A DNA stretch of 32,000 bases from Vibrio vulnificus CMCP6 (GTDB lineage Bacteria > Pseudomonadota > Gammaproteobacteria > Enterobacterales > Vibrionaceae). Numbering within the stretch: the first letter of the stretch is position 1; the number at the start of each line of letters is the position of its first letter. Both the position numbers and the translations under genes were made by a program. The stretch lies in NCBI RefSeq assembly GCF_000039765.1, contig NC_004459.3:720001-752000 (forward strand). The letters run 5' to 3'. The notes below the pieces were generated by a model. It saw only the letters and a list, made by a program, of their open reading frames with translations. It did not search any database and was not told where the DNA came from. Of this stretch, positions 1 to 10,679 are shown one piece after another.

Positions 1-674
1 GCTTGGTAGATAGCCAGCTCGATGGTGGTCGATTTTGGGCCGCCACCGAGGGCCATGACCGTGGCAAAGCTGGTGAAGCAAAGCATGAACACCAAGCCAC
101 ACACATGTGGCAGTTGCTGGCGCAATCGCGGCCATTCGACCCAACGAAACTTCTGCCAGCTGTTCATACCAAGATGAGCCGCCAATTTGTGCTGCTCTGC
201 CGGAATCGACTCTAAGGTTTGCAGCAGCAATCGCGCTGCATACGGCAAATTGAAAAACACGTGCGCGAGCAAAATGCCGCTCAATCCGTAGATCGAAAAG
301 GGCAATTTGGCGTCAAAGCTCGCCAATACACTTGCCAACCAACCACTGTTCCCATAAATGGCCAACAAGCCAAACACGCCTACCAATACTGGCAGCACTA
401 AAGTTGACGCAAACAATTTGAGCAATAGCGAGCGGCCAACAAAAAGTCGCCGAGACAAGGCGTGTGCGACAGGAAGCGCCAAACCGACACTCAGCAGCAT
501 CGACAGCGTCGCTTGAAGAAAACTAAATTGCGTAACATGCCGGTAATAAGGATCTTGCCATACCGCCGTGAGATTCAGCGTCGGCGTCGCCAACAAGAGC
601 GCCGAGAGAGCAGAAACAACAAAGGTCGCGATGATCATCGCGACCCCAATGCCCAATTTAGGAACCGAATTCAA
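1..674 (-). CDS. thiP: Thiamine ABC transporter permease ThiP, N-terminal part (gene runs off the left edge)
   Basis: This is my own minus-strand translation; the ORF is absent from the track because it has no stop in the window. It reads ...LGIGVAMIIATFVVSALS...AVWQDPYYRHVTQFSFLQATL...LAHVFFNLPYAARLLLQTLESIPAEQHKLAAHLGMNSWQKFRWVEWP...FATVMALGGGPKSTTIELAIYQ and is colinear with E. coli ThiP. It lies directly downstream of thiB, as in thiBPQ. The start is uncertain: TTG at 674 (9 nt after the thiB stop, AAGG upstream), TTG at 656 or ATG at 638. Confidence 0.85.
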   Translation of the reverse strand, partial: MNSVPKLGIGVAMIIATFVVSALSALLLATPTLNLTAVWQDPYYRHVTQFSFLQATLSMLLSVGLALPVAHALSRRLFVGRSLLLKLFASTLVLPVLVGVFGLLAIYGNSGWLASVLASFDAKLPFSIYGLSGILLAHVFFNLPYAARLLLQTLESIPAEQHKLAAHLGMNSWQKFRWVEWPRLRQQLPHVCGLVFMLCFTSFATVMALGGGPKSTTIELAIYQ

Positions 675-683
675 TGCGACGCC

Positions 684-1712
684 TTAAAACGTCAACGCGC
701 TTTGCCATTCGCGAATCCAAGCTTTACGCTGCTTCGCTACCTCTTCCGCACTGAAACTCAACGCCTTCTCAGGCACGGTTAAACTGCGGTAGCCCTCTGG
801 CAGCGTCACGTTGGTCACTGGGTACATCCAGTTGCCCGTAGGCATTGCGCTTTGGAACTCATCACTCAAAATGAAACTCATAAACTGATCAGCCAGCGCT
901 GAGTTCTGGCTACTTTTCACTTTTGCGGCGACTTCCACTTGCATGTAGTGTCCTTCACTAAAACCCGCCGCGGCATATTGCGCATCATTTTCGGCAATCA
1001 GGTGGTACGCAGGTGAGGTGGTGTAAGAGAGCACCATGTCCGATTCGCCTTTGAGGAACATCGAGTACGCTTCCGACCAACCTTTCGTGACCGTCACGGT
1101 TTTCTTCGCCAGTTGCTGCCATGCTCCAGCCACGTCATCGCCATACACTGACTTTATCCACAGCATCAAACCTTGACCGGGTGTTGAAGTGCGAGGGTCT
1201 TGGTAGATGACTTTCAGATCGTCGCGTGATTCCACCAGCTCTTTTAAGCTCTTGGGTGGATTCGCCAGTTTGCCTTTGTTGTAAACAAACGCAAAGTAAC
1301 CGTAGTCATAAGGAATAAACGTGTCGTCAGCCCAACCATTTGGCAATGACAGCGCTTGGGTGTTCACTTGATGTGGCGCCAGCAAACCTGTGGCTTTAGC
1401 TTCTGCCATCAAATTGTTATCCAAACCTAAAACAATATCCGCTTTGGTATTGCTGCCTTCTAAACGTAAGCGGTTGAGAATTGACACCCCATCGTCCAGC
1501 GCGACAAAATTCACATCGCAGCCGCACTGAGCTTCAAATGCTTTTTCGACTGTCGGGCCAGGGCCCCAATCGGAAGCAAAAGAATCGTAGGTATAAATGG
1601 TTAAGGTTTTGTCCGCCGCAAGTGCAGAAGAAGAGATGCCCATCATTGACGTGATTGACGCTAGGGCTATCAGGTTTAGAGTGTGTTTCACTGCTCGCTC
1701 TCCATTTGGCAT
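684..1712 (-). CDS. thiB: Thiamine/TPP ABC transporter periplasmic binding protein
   Basis: This 342-aa ORF has a signal peptide (LIALASITSMMGISSSALA) and a mature part typical of ThiB/TbpA (TIYTYDSF...WGPGP...). A TPP riboswitch precedes it and thiP follows it. The likely true start is GTG at 1691, which has GGAGAG 6 nt upstream; the ATG at 1712 has no SD. Confidence 0.9.
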   Translation of the reverse strand: MPNGERAVKHTLNLIALASITSMMGISSSALAADKTLTIYTYDSFASDWGPGPTVEKAFEAQCGCDVNFVALDDGVSILNRLRLEGSNTKADIVLGLDNNLMAEAKATGLLAPHQVNTQALSLPNGWADDTFIPYDYGYFAFVYNKGKLANPPKSLKELVESRDDLKVIYQDPRTSTPGQGLMLWIKSVYGDDVAGAWQQLAKKTVTVTKGWSEAYSMFLKGESDMVLSYTTSPAYHLIAENDAQYAAAGFSEGHYMQVEVAAKVKSSQNSALADQFMSFILSDEFQSAMPTGNWMYPVTNVTLPEGYRSLTVPEKALSFSAEEVAKQRKAWIREWQSALTF

Positions 1713-1855
1713 GAGTTGAGCGGCACAGGCTTGAGGTAGGTGTTAATCGTCCTTGCTAATTAATCCCGACTCAATTCCTACGCCAGCATTATCTGGTTCA
1801 GGTTTACGGGTCCTAGGCCTTTGCCTAGTCTCAGCCACTGCGATGCAATAAAACA
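1713..1855 (-). promoter_or_regulatory. TPP (THI-box) riboswitch in the thiB leader
   Basis: The minus strand reads ...GTGGCTGAGACTAGGCAAAGGCCTAGGACCCGTAAACCTGAACCAGATAATGCTGGCGTAGGAA.... It contains the conserved CUGAGA (plus-strand 1829-1834) and ACCUGA-N-CAGAUAAUGCUGGCG (plus-strand 1781-1803) THI-box elements, immediately upstream of a thiamine transporter gene. Aptamer boundaries are approximate (about 1765-1850). Confidence 0.85.
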
Positions 1856-1912
1856 CCACAGTTAAGCGCCCCGATGAGTGGTTCGGATTGTAATCGGAAT
1901 GATCTCTCTTGG

Positions 1913-2557
1913 CTATACAGAGTCACCGTCATTGCGATGATCGTATCCCCAACGTGGCACCAAAACCTGTTCAATGCCGAGATGATCTAAGATACGCGCG
2001 ACCATAAAATCAATCAGATCGTCTATCGACTGCGGTTGATGATAGAAACCGGGCGCGGCGGGCATGATGGTGACCCCGAGCTGAGAAAGCTTGTGCATGT
2101 TTTCAAGATGCAAGGTCGAAAAGGGCGTTTCACGCACCACTAAAATCAATTGGCCACGCTCTTTCATTACCACATCCGCAGCACGCTCAATTAAATTATC
2201 CGACATACCATGAGCAATCGCCGCCACACTCCCTGCCGAGCAAGGGCAAACCACCATCTGCTTAGGGGCAGCCGAGCCAGAAGCCACTGGCGAAAACCAA
2301 TCGTCTTTACCACACACCACCAGCTTGTCGGCAGGACAACCCAGATGCTTCACTAGCGCTTGCTGCGCTGCGTCAGGATTGGCTGGAAGCTTGAGACCAT
2401 GCTCGGTTGCCAATACCACTCTTGCCGCAGAAGAGATCAGCAGGTAGACGCGGTAGTCTGCCGCCAGTAATTGCTGTAATAAACGTAACCCATAAGGCGC
2501 GCCAGAGGCGCCCGTAAAGGCTAACGTGATCGATTTTTCTTGGTTTGTCATGCTCAT
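1913..2557 (-). CDS. ubiX: Flavin prenyltransferase UbiX
   Basis: This 214-aa ORF has the flavoprotein signature [21 protein letters not shown]...[43 protein letters not shown]. It is colinear with UbiX/Pad1. Confidence 0.9.
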   Translation of the reverse strand: MSMTNQEKSITLAFTGASGAPYGLRLLQQLLAADYRVYLLISSAARVVLATEHGLKLPANPDAAQQALVKHLGCPADKLVVCGKDDWFSPVASGSAAPKQMVVCPCSAGSVAAIAHGMSDNLIERAADVVMKERGQLILVVRETPFSTLHLENMHKLSQLGVTIMPAAPGFYHQPQSIDDLIDFMVARILDHLGIEQVLVPRWGYDHRNDGDSV

Positions 2558-2573
2558 CTAATGTGTGTCTTTT

Positions 2574-3935
2574 CTAGCGCGTTGAACTCTCTAAAGCGGT
2601 CAGTAATTTGCCGTGAATGCCTTCAAAACCGCCATTGCTCATGACCAAAATTTGCGTTCCCGCCTCGGCGCGCTGCGCAATGCTCGCCACAAATTGGTCA
2701 ATATTATCACTGGTGAATGCCGGTTGCTGACATTGCGCCGCAACGTCCTGCACCGACCAAGCAATTGACTCTGGTTGGTAAAGGAACACTTCATCTGCCT
2801 GCTTGAGTGAAGCCGCCAAGGTCTCTTTGTGCACGCCACGTTTCATAGTGGCTGAGCGTGGCTCCAGTACCGCGATGATTTTCTTATCACCCACCTTATT
2901 ACGTAAACCTGCGAGAGTCAGTTCAATCGCAGTTGGGTGATGGGCAAAATCGTCATACACCGCCACGCCATTGATTTCCCCTTTCAGCTCTAGGCGACGC
3001 CTGGTATTAATAAAGCGCCCTAGTGCCTCACAAGCCAGATCTGGCGTCACACCCACATGGCGCGCTGCTGCGATCGCCATCAACGCATTATCGACATTAT
3101 GATCACCGACTAAGTCCCATTGCACCGTGCCTACTTGCTCACCCTGTAGCCACACTTCAAAGTGTGAACCATCTTTGCTGAGTTTGACCGCTTGCCACTC
3201 GCCGTCCTGACCAGAAAACTCCTGGTCACTCCAGCAGCCACGTGACAACACATCCGCTAATGCGCCGTCTTGCTTGGGCGCTAAAATACGGCCATTACCG
3301 GGAACAGTACGCACTAAGTGGTGGAATTGTCGCTTGATCGCTTCAAGATCATCAAAGATGTCAGCATGATCAAACTCTAGGTTATTCATGATCAAGGTGC
3401 GAGGATGGTAATGCACAAACTTAGATCGCTTGTCGAAAAAAGCACTGTCATATTCGTCGGCTTCGACGACAAAAAACATGCTTTCGCCTAAACGCGCGGA
3501 GACACCGAAGTTACCAAGCACGCCACCAACAAGAAATCCCGGCTGGTAACCACAATCTTCCAAAATCCACGCCAGCATGCTCGAGGTAGTGGTTTTACCG
3601 TGTGTGCCCGATACCGCCAATACCCAGCGGTCATGCAACAAAAACTCCTGCAGCCACTGCGGCCCAGAGGTGTAACGCAGGTTGTGATTCAACACATATT
3701 CAACACAAGGGTTACCCCGGCTCATGGCATTACCAATCACCACCAAGTCTGGCGCAGGATTGAGTTGCGAAGGGTCAAAGCCTTCAATAATTTCAATACC
3801 TTGAGACTCGAGCAAGGTGCTCATTGGTGGGTAAACATTGGCGTCAGAGCCAGTCACTTTGTGGCCCAACTGTCGCGCTAAAATCGCAGCACCACCCATG
3901 AAAGTGCCACAAATTCCCAAGATATGAATATGCAT
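2574..3935 (-). CDS. mpl: UDP-N-acetylmuramate:L-alanyl-gamma-D-glutamyl-meso-DAP ligase (murein peptide ligase)
   Basis: The product is Mur-ligase like: MHIHILGICGTFMGGAA..., GTHGKTTTSSMLAWIL P-loop, DEYDSAFFDKRSKF. It is divergent from fbp, as in E. coli. I place the start at the internal ATG at 3935 (MHIHILGICG), not at the ORF-track start 4028. Confidence 0.9.
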   Translation of the reverse strand: MHIHILGICGTFMGGAAILARQLGHKVTGSDANVYPPMSTLLESQGIEIIEGFDPSQLNPAPDLVVIGNAMSRGNPCVEYVLNHNLRYTSGPQWLQEFLLHDRWVLAVSGTHGKTTTSSMLAWILEDCGYQPGFLVGGVLGNFGVSARLGESMFFVVEADEYDSAFFDKRSKFVHYHPRTLIMNNLEFDHADIFDDLEAIKRQFHHLVRTVPGNGRILAPKQDGALADVLSRGCWSDQEFSGQDGEWQAVKLSKDGSHFEVWLQGEQVGTVQWDLVGDHNVDNALMAIAAARHVGVTPDLACEALGRFINTRRRLELKGEINGVAVYDDFAHHPTAIELTLAGLRNKVGDKKIIAVLEPRSATMKRGVHKETLAASLKQADEVFLYQPESIAWSVQDVAAQCQQPAFTSDNIDQFVASIAQRAEAGTQILVMSNGGFEGIHGKLLTALESSTR

Positions 3936-4267
3936 AAATTGAATCCTGCCATCAGACTGTTTTTTCTCGTTCTCATTATCATGATAACCGTTAGAAAAGC
4001 GAGCAGCATTGTTGGCCTTGTGCCACATGCCGCTCAGTTTTTACCGTTGGGTTGAAGCAAATGCTGTTTTTTCAGTCACTTTTTATCGAACTCTTCCGTG
4101 TAATCAACCGGTTTCATTCGACATACAAATTGAGATCTGCGTCGGTTACTTCATTACCATTAATAAGATCTAAACCTTACACTTATTGGGAGCGCAAACG
4201 ATAACCTTCGTCACATCCATCAAGAGATGCCGCTCACACTCCCCCAACATTATTCAGCGAAGTTTAA

Positions 4268-5293
<1,026 letters not shown>

Positions 5294-5303
5294 AGAATGA
5301 AAC

Positions 5304-5333
5304 AAAGCGCCTGCAACAGCAGGCGCTTTTTGT
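5304..5333 (+). terminator. Rho-independent terminator of fbp
   Basis: The stem GCGCCTGC (5307-5314) pairs with GCAGGCGC (5319-5326) around the loop AACA. A TTTTTG run follows. Confidence 0.8.
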
Positions 5334-5432
5334 TAGCCACTTTGGAAAGCCCAACGCACTCGGTTTACAGCTCAGCCTGTTTGCGGCTAAATTATCACCG
5401 TTCAGCCCAAAACAAAGAAAAGGAAATCACTC

Positions 5433-5963
5433 ATGAGTTTAAATAATGTCCCAGCGGGCAAATCACTGCCTGATGATCTGTATGTCGTCATCGAGATCCC
5501 AGCCAACGCGGATCCGATCAAATACGAAGTGGACAAAGAGTCTGGCGCGGTGTTCGTTGATCGCTTTATGTCAGCGCCGATGTTCTACCCATGCAACTAC
5601 GGCTACGTTAACCATACCCTTTCACTGGATGGCGACCCTGTCGATGTATTGGTCCCAACCCCTTACCCTTTAATGCCTGGTTCAGTGATCCGTTGCCGCC
5701 CGGTCGGTGTGCTTAAAATGACCGATGAATCCGGCGAAGATGCCAAAGTCGTCGCAGTACCACATTCTAAGTTGTCCAAAGAGTACGATCACATCCAAGA
5801 CGTTAACGATCTACCTGAGTTGCTCAAAGCGCAAATCACCCATTTCTTTGAACGCTATAAAGAGCTTGAATCAGGTAAGTGGGTCAAAGTGGATGGCTGG
5901 GAAGACGTGGAAGCGGCGCGTAAAGAGATCTTAGATTCTTACCAACGTGCACAGAACAAATAA
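5433..5963 (+). CDS. ppa: Inorganic pyrophosphatase
   Basis: This 176-aa ORF has family I PPase motifs ([31 protein letters not shown]). AAGGAAA lies upstream. Confidence 0.95.
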   Translation: MSLNNVPAGKSLPDDLYVVIEIPANADPIKYEVDKESGAVFVDRFMSAPMFYPCNYGYVNHTLSLDGDPVDVLVPTPYPLMPGSVIRCRPVGVLKMTDESGEDAKVVAVPHSKLSKEYDHIQDVNDLPELLKAQITHFFERYKELESGKWVKVDGWEDVEAARKEILDSYQRAQNK

Positions 5964-5982
5964 TCCTTGCCCATTGAAAGAC

Positions 5983-6011
5983 AAAAGAGCTGTGTGAACA
6001 CAGCTCTTTTT
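5983..6011. terminator. Bidirectional terminator between convergent ppa and the lipoprotein gene
   Basis: The sequence is AAAAGAGCTGTG-TGAA-CACAGCTCTTTTT. The stem is a perfect 8 bp (5987-5994 with 5999-6006) flanked by an A-run and a T-run, so it can terminate in both directions. Confidence 0.8.
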
Positions 6012-6052
6012 GATCCTGACAAGCACTTCGGTTCTTAGCATCTCTTTCGCCT

Positions 6053-6412
6053 TTACAAACCACCAGCGGTCGACATCTGTCCGGAGATATAATCCTGTTT
6101 GAAGAACGGGTCAACATCATCACAAATGCCATAGTAAGGCTTGCCAATCACCCCCAACATATAGGCATTCTGTTGGCAGTACTGCTGCTTACCCTCTTGG
6201 TAGCCCGCTTGGTATGAGGCCAGCAAATTGGCCGAGAGGTTTCGCGGTTCCGCCAATTTGAGTAAACGTGCTTCGCTTAAAGCTATCTTACCTTCTAAAG
6301 CGCTTTCAACGCCAAAGGTGTGCCAATCTAAAGCTTGCTCCGATTGCGGTAACGGAGTCTGCACGCAGCCAACCAGCAACAGCAGCGGGAACGTCAATAC
6401 GAGAGCTTTCAT
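6053..6412 (-). CDS. Small lipoprotein of unknown function (DUF2799-like)
   Basis: This 119-aa ORF has a lipobox signal peptide MKALVLTFPLLLLVG|C and AAGGAG upstream. The YQAGYQEGKQQYC ... GKPYYGIC pattern resembles DUF2799 lipoproteins; the family call is from memory. Confidence 0.7.
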   Translation of the reverse strand: MKALVLTFPLLLLVGCVQTPLPQSEQALDWHTFGVESALEGKIALSEARLLKLAEPRNLSANLLASYQAGYQEGKQQYCQQNAYMLGVIGKPYYGICDDVDPFFKQDYISGQMSTAGGL

Positions 6413-6512
6413 GCTCGGTCTCCTTTGTTGAGATAGGTCCTCAAGGCTCTATCGTTTCCTCACCCACAACAACAGAACCTATCACAGTATACGACCTTCG
6501 AGACTCAATCGC

Positions 6513-6860
6513 TCAAATGCGTTGGCACCAATCTCCTGAGGCAATTTCCTCCACCAACTTACTGCTGTCTTGATAGAGATAAATCCACGCTTGACCAAAT
6601 GGGGTCGCGATGGTTTCACGGCGGTATTCCACTGGCACATCTTCCAACTTATCCAGCGCTTGCAGTGTTGCGTCGTCAATCAGATACACTTCCCCACTGA
6701 CGGCGCGATTGCCTTCGCCAACCGCTGGGTAATCACCGAGATCGTACAGGCGATATTCTTGCCCACTCTGGCAACCCCCCAGAAACTCACTGTGTTGCAA
6801 ATAGTGGTGATTGGATTCACCTTTTCTCAACGTGCCATAGACAAACACTAAATGTTGCAT
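6513..6860 (-). CDS. ytfP: Gamma-glutamylcyclotransferase-like protein (YtfP/AIG2 family)
   Basis: The sequence MQHLVFVYGTLRKGESNHHYL...GEVY...LDKLE carries the YGTLR motif. It lies downstream of tamB, as ytfP does in E. coli. I chose the ATG at 6860 (AAGGAG 5 nt upstream) rather than the track start 6887. Confidence 0.8.
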   Translation of the reverse strand: MQHLVFVYGTLRKGESNHHYLQHSEFLGGCQSGQEYRLYDLGDYPAVGEGNRAVSGEVYLIDDATLQALDKLEDVPVEYRRETIATPFGQAWIYLYQDSSKLVEEIASGDWCQRI

Positions 6861-6923
6861 AACCACTCCTTGTCGCCAACTGACCATTTCGCCTAAGTGC
6901 AGTGAATAGCATGTGGCGAGATT

Positions 6924-9900
6924 TTAATCAAACTCAAACTGATAAAGCAGATCAACGGCGCTTTCAACCCCTGAAACCCCTTCTAGATAGAGATCTTTCA
7001 TCAGACGATAGCGCACGGTGAACTCACCAAGCGGTTTGAAAATACCCACCCCATACTTCACTTGCAGCCCTGGCATTATGTAGCCACTGACCGTGACTTG
7101 TGAATCTTCCCCGGAACCTGCGGTATCCAACTGCAGATCTTGCACGCCAAACGCCTGACCAATTTCACCGACGACTTTGCCGCTTTTGGCCAGACTCAAT
7201 CCGATTAAAGCCGTGGTCATGGCGTTGCCGCCTCCCGATTCACCATCAATGTCTTGCCCGCGCAATAAGTAAGAAAGCGCATTGGCCTGCGGCATGGCAG
7301 GTTCGGAGAAAATCGTAATACTTGGCTCGGTGGCAGGGCCAGTCACTTTCACCCCCGCGATGACATCATCTTGGGTATTTTCTGGGTTGCGAATTGCTTT
7401 GATCGCCACATATGGCTGATCGGCAGGCCCGTTCATCAACACTTTGCCTTCTTTGATCAAGAGGTCTTGACCAAAGGATCGATAGGTCCCGTCAACGATG
7501 TTGACTTCACCAAGGATAAACGGCCCTTTGTCTTTCTGCGTGACATTCAACTGGCCTTTTAAGCCCCCTTCAAGGCCAAATGCCGCCAGTTTGAAATCGT
7601 CACCAATCGAAATGTTAATGTCGGTTTCAACGTTAAATGGCATCGAGGAAGACTTATCGATTGGCTCAAGTTGGTCGTTGAGCAGCACCTGATCTTTCGA
7701 CACACTCACCGCGCTTGGTGGCAGTTCTTCGACAACAATACGCCCCCAAGGCAGAGCCAAACTGCCCGTCACTTTGGCCAGTGTCGGATTAACTTCAATC
7801 GTCATATCCGGCACCAACTTAATTTTCACCATCGGCGGCATGTCGACTTTGAGGGAATCGGCAAAAACCCGCACCTTACTGTGCCAGTTATCCAATTGCT
7901 GCCAATTCGCCTCACCACTGACGTTGAGCTCTCCATCAGGGGTCACAATGTTGGCCGCCAAATCGGCGTCATAACCGCGAAAATCGATCGCCAGTTTGCC
8001 CTGTTTCACGTCGATTGGGCTGATATCACCGTTCACTTGGATATCGTCTACTAAGAACTGGCCCTTGACTTGAGGGTGATAAGCCGAACCCGACACCGAC
8101 AGATCGGTTGAAATCAGCGCTTTCAGCGCGCTGTATTCCCCAACCAAAGGCGCCAAGAAATCCAAATTGAACTGGCTCAGTGCCAACTTGGCCTTCAGTT
8201 GTGGATCGCTGGCTTGCACATCGGCCACTTGCAGTTGCCCCGTTAAATCACCATTGTCACTCACATTGATCTGCCAATCCGCGTTCAATTGGTCTTGATG
8301 CAGTTGCGCATTGAGATTGATGTCGTCCCAACCGAGCGTTACGACTTGTTCAATTTTCTGTTGCACCTGACCTGTGGGTAAATGCAGCGACACTTTGGCC
8401 TGTGGCGAACTCTCTGGTGCCCATTTTGCCCACACTGTTGCATCGACACTGCCATCGAGCTTCGTTTCCGGCGGTAAAAACATCGCAATCTGAGCGAAAT
8501 CGAATTGGTTTAATGCCAGCTCGGCTTCGCCTTTTTCACCGACGCGAATGTCTTTCGTTAGGCAAAGCGTTGAACCTTGTTGCTGCCAGCAATGTGCTGC
8601 GACATCGACCTGTTGCTGATCAATATTGGCTTTAATCGCCGTCGCTTGTTGTAAGGTCCACGTCCCTTGCTGAGTGGTGGCAAACATGCGCTCCAACTCC
8701 CCAGACCAAACCATCTGTGGTTTTTGCTGTAAGCCACCATGGATAGCCAAGCTGGTGGAGACCAGATCCGAAGAGACGTCCAAACTCAGTTGATGCTGTT
8801 TTTCGCCGCCACTGACCGAGAGCAAAATCGAGTCAATCAACTGCTCTTGATAACGCAGTGCCGCCACCTTCAATGTGACATCCGCTTGTGGCTCCGGCAA
8901 AGGCGTGACTCTGCCTGTGAGCGACAACTGTTCGATGCTCGCTTGCTGCTGCCATTGGATGTTCTGTGCTTGCAGTGCCAGTTGAATGTCTGGCTCTTTC
9001 AACGCACCGCGCAAATCAACTTCACCAGCCACCGAACCAGACAGATCCGGCACGCTCTTCGCCAAATCGGTGAAATGGATGTCGACATCCATCTGCCACT
9101 CTTTTTTCAACTGACCTTTGGCGGTTAAGCCATTCGGACCGTGAGACAAGGTTAAGCGCTCAGTATCAAGGTAGACTTCCCCGTTACCCTCTTCGTCGGA
9201 AGCGTGTAGCGAACCTTCAATGTTAAGTGGATAGCCACGCAGCAAACCATCAATATCCAGTTCTGGCAGCGCCACTTTCCAACCGCCTTTCTCAGTCAAC
9301 GAGCCAGTGGTTGCAAGTTTGCCACTGATGTTGCCTTCCGCTTCAGGCCATTGCAGACCAGGCTGAATATTTTGCAGCTGCAAGCTCGCCTGCCAATTGA
9401 CCAACGATTGCCAGTTGGCCATCACTTGGCCTTTAAGCTCTCCCCCCAGTGTCTCGACATTGAGCTTATCGAGATCAATGTGTTGCAGATCACCGCTGCC
9501 ATGTACATCAAGCGTAATCGCAGGGATCTCTTTACCCTCCAACTGAGATTGCAGCGCCAACTGGTAGCCCTCAAGAGAGCCTTGGGTCATCAGGTTGGTT
9601 GCCTTGATCTGATAGTCACTCTCACCACTCAGTGGCCATTGAGTCTGTAGATCTGAGAGTTTGACATCAAAAGGCAAGCTCACTAATAGTGGCTCAAGTG
9701 TGGCAGACAGCTGTGCGGAAACGGGCCCAGATAAGGTACTCTGCAACTGCAAATGCGCCACGCTTTGCGAGGCATTCAGCGTAATATTCTGTCCTTTCAG
9801 GTCGGTTTCTTTCAGTTTCGCTTTGAGATCCAATGAAAGTGGGTACTCACCTTTCAATTCAACCTGCGCATTCGCTTGGGCCGACACTTGCGGCATGTCG

Positions 9901-10679
9901 AGCTCCAACGTCTCCACGTCAACACGGTTTTTGCCCGCCTTCGCTTCTAAGGCTAAATGATTGACTATCAATGGCGTTTCTTGATGCAAGGTAAAACGGT
10001 TGACATCAAAACGCTGCAACACAATTTGTAGCGGGATCCATACTTCTGGCAGTTCAATATCTTGTCGTGGCGCGTCATTTGGCGCCGCCGATTGAGCTTG
10101 CGGCTCGCTGGGTGCCAGCGTGACATCAATGTCGCTAAAGCGAGTTGGCGCGATGACCAGACGATCCCCTTGCATGGAGAGGGCGCTACTCAATTCTCCC
10201 CAAGAGATTTGGTTGCCCAGCACATCCAGTTGAATGTTGGTCAATGCCAATCGATGCAAAAAGACGGGCACGGGTGTGCTGATACTTTTCAGCGGTTCGC
10301 TGGGTTCTTCGACGCTCTCTGAGCTGGGAGGTAACTGTGGCAGAGAGAGCGCCAAGCCATCAATACTGATTTCATTGATGCAAACTTTGGGCTCCAACAA
10401 ACACTGAAAATTCATCGCTAAAGTCAGTTCATCCACAGACGAAGCGATGTTGAGTTCGGCATCATTAAAGGTGACTTTTCTCAGCGTGAACTTGGGAAAC
10501 AGCGCGCCTTGTACTTGGCCAACTTGCAACTGCGGCACTACTTTTTCCGCGACCCAAATGGCCGAAGTTAGGCCGGGATGCGTAAAGAGCAGCAGAGCAA
10601 TCAAGGTCAGCAGCAAAACCAGCAGCGCCATTACGCCCGCAGAAATCCACTTGCTCCATTTAAACACCACTTTGATCAT
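6924..10679 (-). CDS. tamB: Translocation and assembly module inner-membrane subunit TamB
   Basis: This 1251-aa ORF has an N-terminal signal anchor, a long beta-rich Q/L/S-rich body and a DUF490-type C-terminus (...GLQVKYGVGIF.PLGEFTVRYRLMKDLYLEGVSG...YQFEF). Its ATG overlaps the tamA stop (ATGA at 10676-10679). Confidence 0.93.
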   Translation of the reverse strand: MIKVVFKWSKWISAGVMALLVLLLTLIALLLFTHPGLTSAIWVAEKVVPQLQVGQVQGALFPKFTLRKVTFNDAELNIASSVDELTLAMNFQCLLEPKVCINEISIDGLALSLPQLPPSSESVEEPSEPLKSISTPVPVFLHRLALTNIQLDVLGNQISWGELSSALSMQGDRLVIAPTRFSDIDVTLAPSEPQAQSAAPNDAPRQDIELPEVWIPLQIVLQRFDVNRFTLHQETPLIVNHLALEAKAGKNRVDVETLELDMPQVSAQANAQVELKGEYPLSLDLKAKLKETDLKGQNITLNASQSVAHLQLQSTLSGPVSAQLSATLEPLLVSLPFDVKLSDLQTQWPLSGESDYQIKATNLMTQGSLEGYQLALQSQLEGKEIPAITLDVHGSGDLQHIDLDKLNVETLGGELKGQVMANWQSLVNWQASLQLQNIQPGLQWPEAEGNISGKLATTGSLTEKGGWKVALPELDIDGLLRGYPLNIEGSLHASDEEGNGEVYLDTERLTLSHGPNGLTAKGQLKKEWQMDVDIHFTDLAKSVPDLSGSVAGEVDLRGALKEPDIQLALQAQNIQWQQQASIEQLSLTGRVTPLPEPQADVTLKVAALRYQEQLIDSILLSVSGGEKQHQLSLDVSSDLVSTSLAIHGGLQQKPQMVWSGELERMFATTQQGTWTLQQATAIKANIDQQQVDVAAHCWQQQGSTLCLTKDIRVGEKGEAELALNQFDFAQIAMFLPPETKLDGSVDATVWAKWAPESSPQAKVSLHLPTGQVQQKIEQVVTLGWDDINLNAQLHQDQLNADWQINVSDNGDLTGQLQVADVQASDPQLKAKLALSQFNLDFLAPLVGEYSALKALISTDLSVSGSAYHPQVKGQFLVDDIQVNGDISPIDVKQGKLAIDFRGYDADLAANIVTPDGELNVSGEANWQQLDNWHSKVRVFADSLKVDMPPMVKIKLVPDMTIEVNPTLAKVTGSLALPWGRIVVEELPPSAVSVSKDQVLLNDQLEPIDKSSSMPFNVETDINISIGDDFKLAAFGLEGGLKGQLNVTQKDKGPFILGEVNIVDGTYRSFGQDLLIKEGKVLMNGPADQPYVAIKAIRNPENTQDDVIAGVKVTGPATEPSITIFSEPAMPQANALSYLLRGQDIDGESGGGNAMTTALIGLSLAKSGKVVGEIGQAFGVQDLQLDTAGSGEDSQVTVSGYIMPGLQVKYGVGIFKPLGEFTVRYRLMKDLYLEGVSGVESAVDLLYQFEFD

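Noticed and set aside
3936-4028. A 31-codon N-terminal extension of mpl in the ORF track (MWHKANNAARFSNGYHDNENEKKQSDGRIQF).
   Set aside because: Mur-ligase homology begins at MHIHILGICG (ATG at 3935). The extension has no counterpart in Mpl proteins as I recall them.
7100-10322. Numerous 60-129 aa ORFs antisense to or out of frame with tamB (for example 7671-8054, 8739-9128, 9351-9650, 9661-9960).
   Set aside because: They lie inside a 1251-aa ORF with clear TamB character. They have Arg/His/Leu-biased low-complexity composition typical of wrong-frame reading, and they lack SD sequences.
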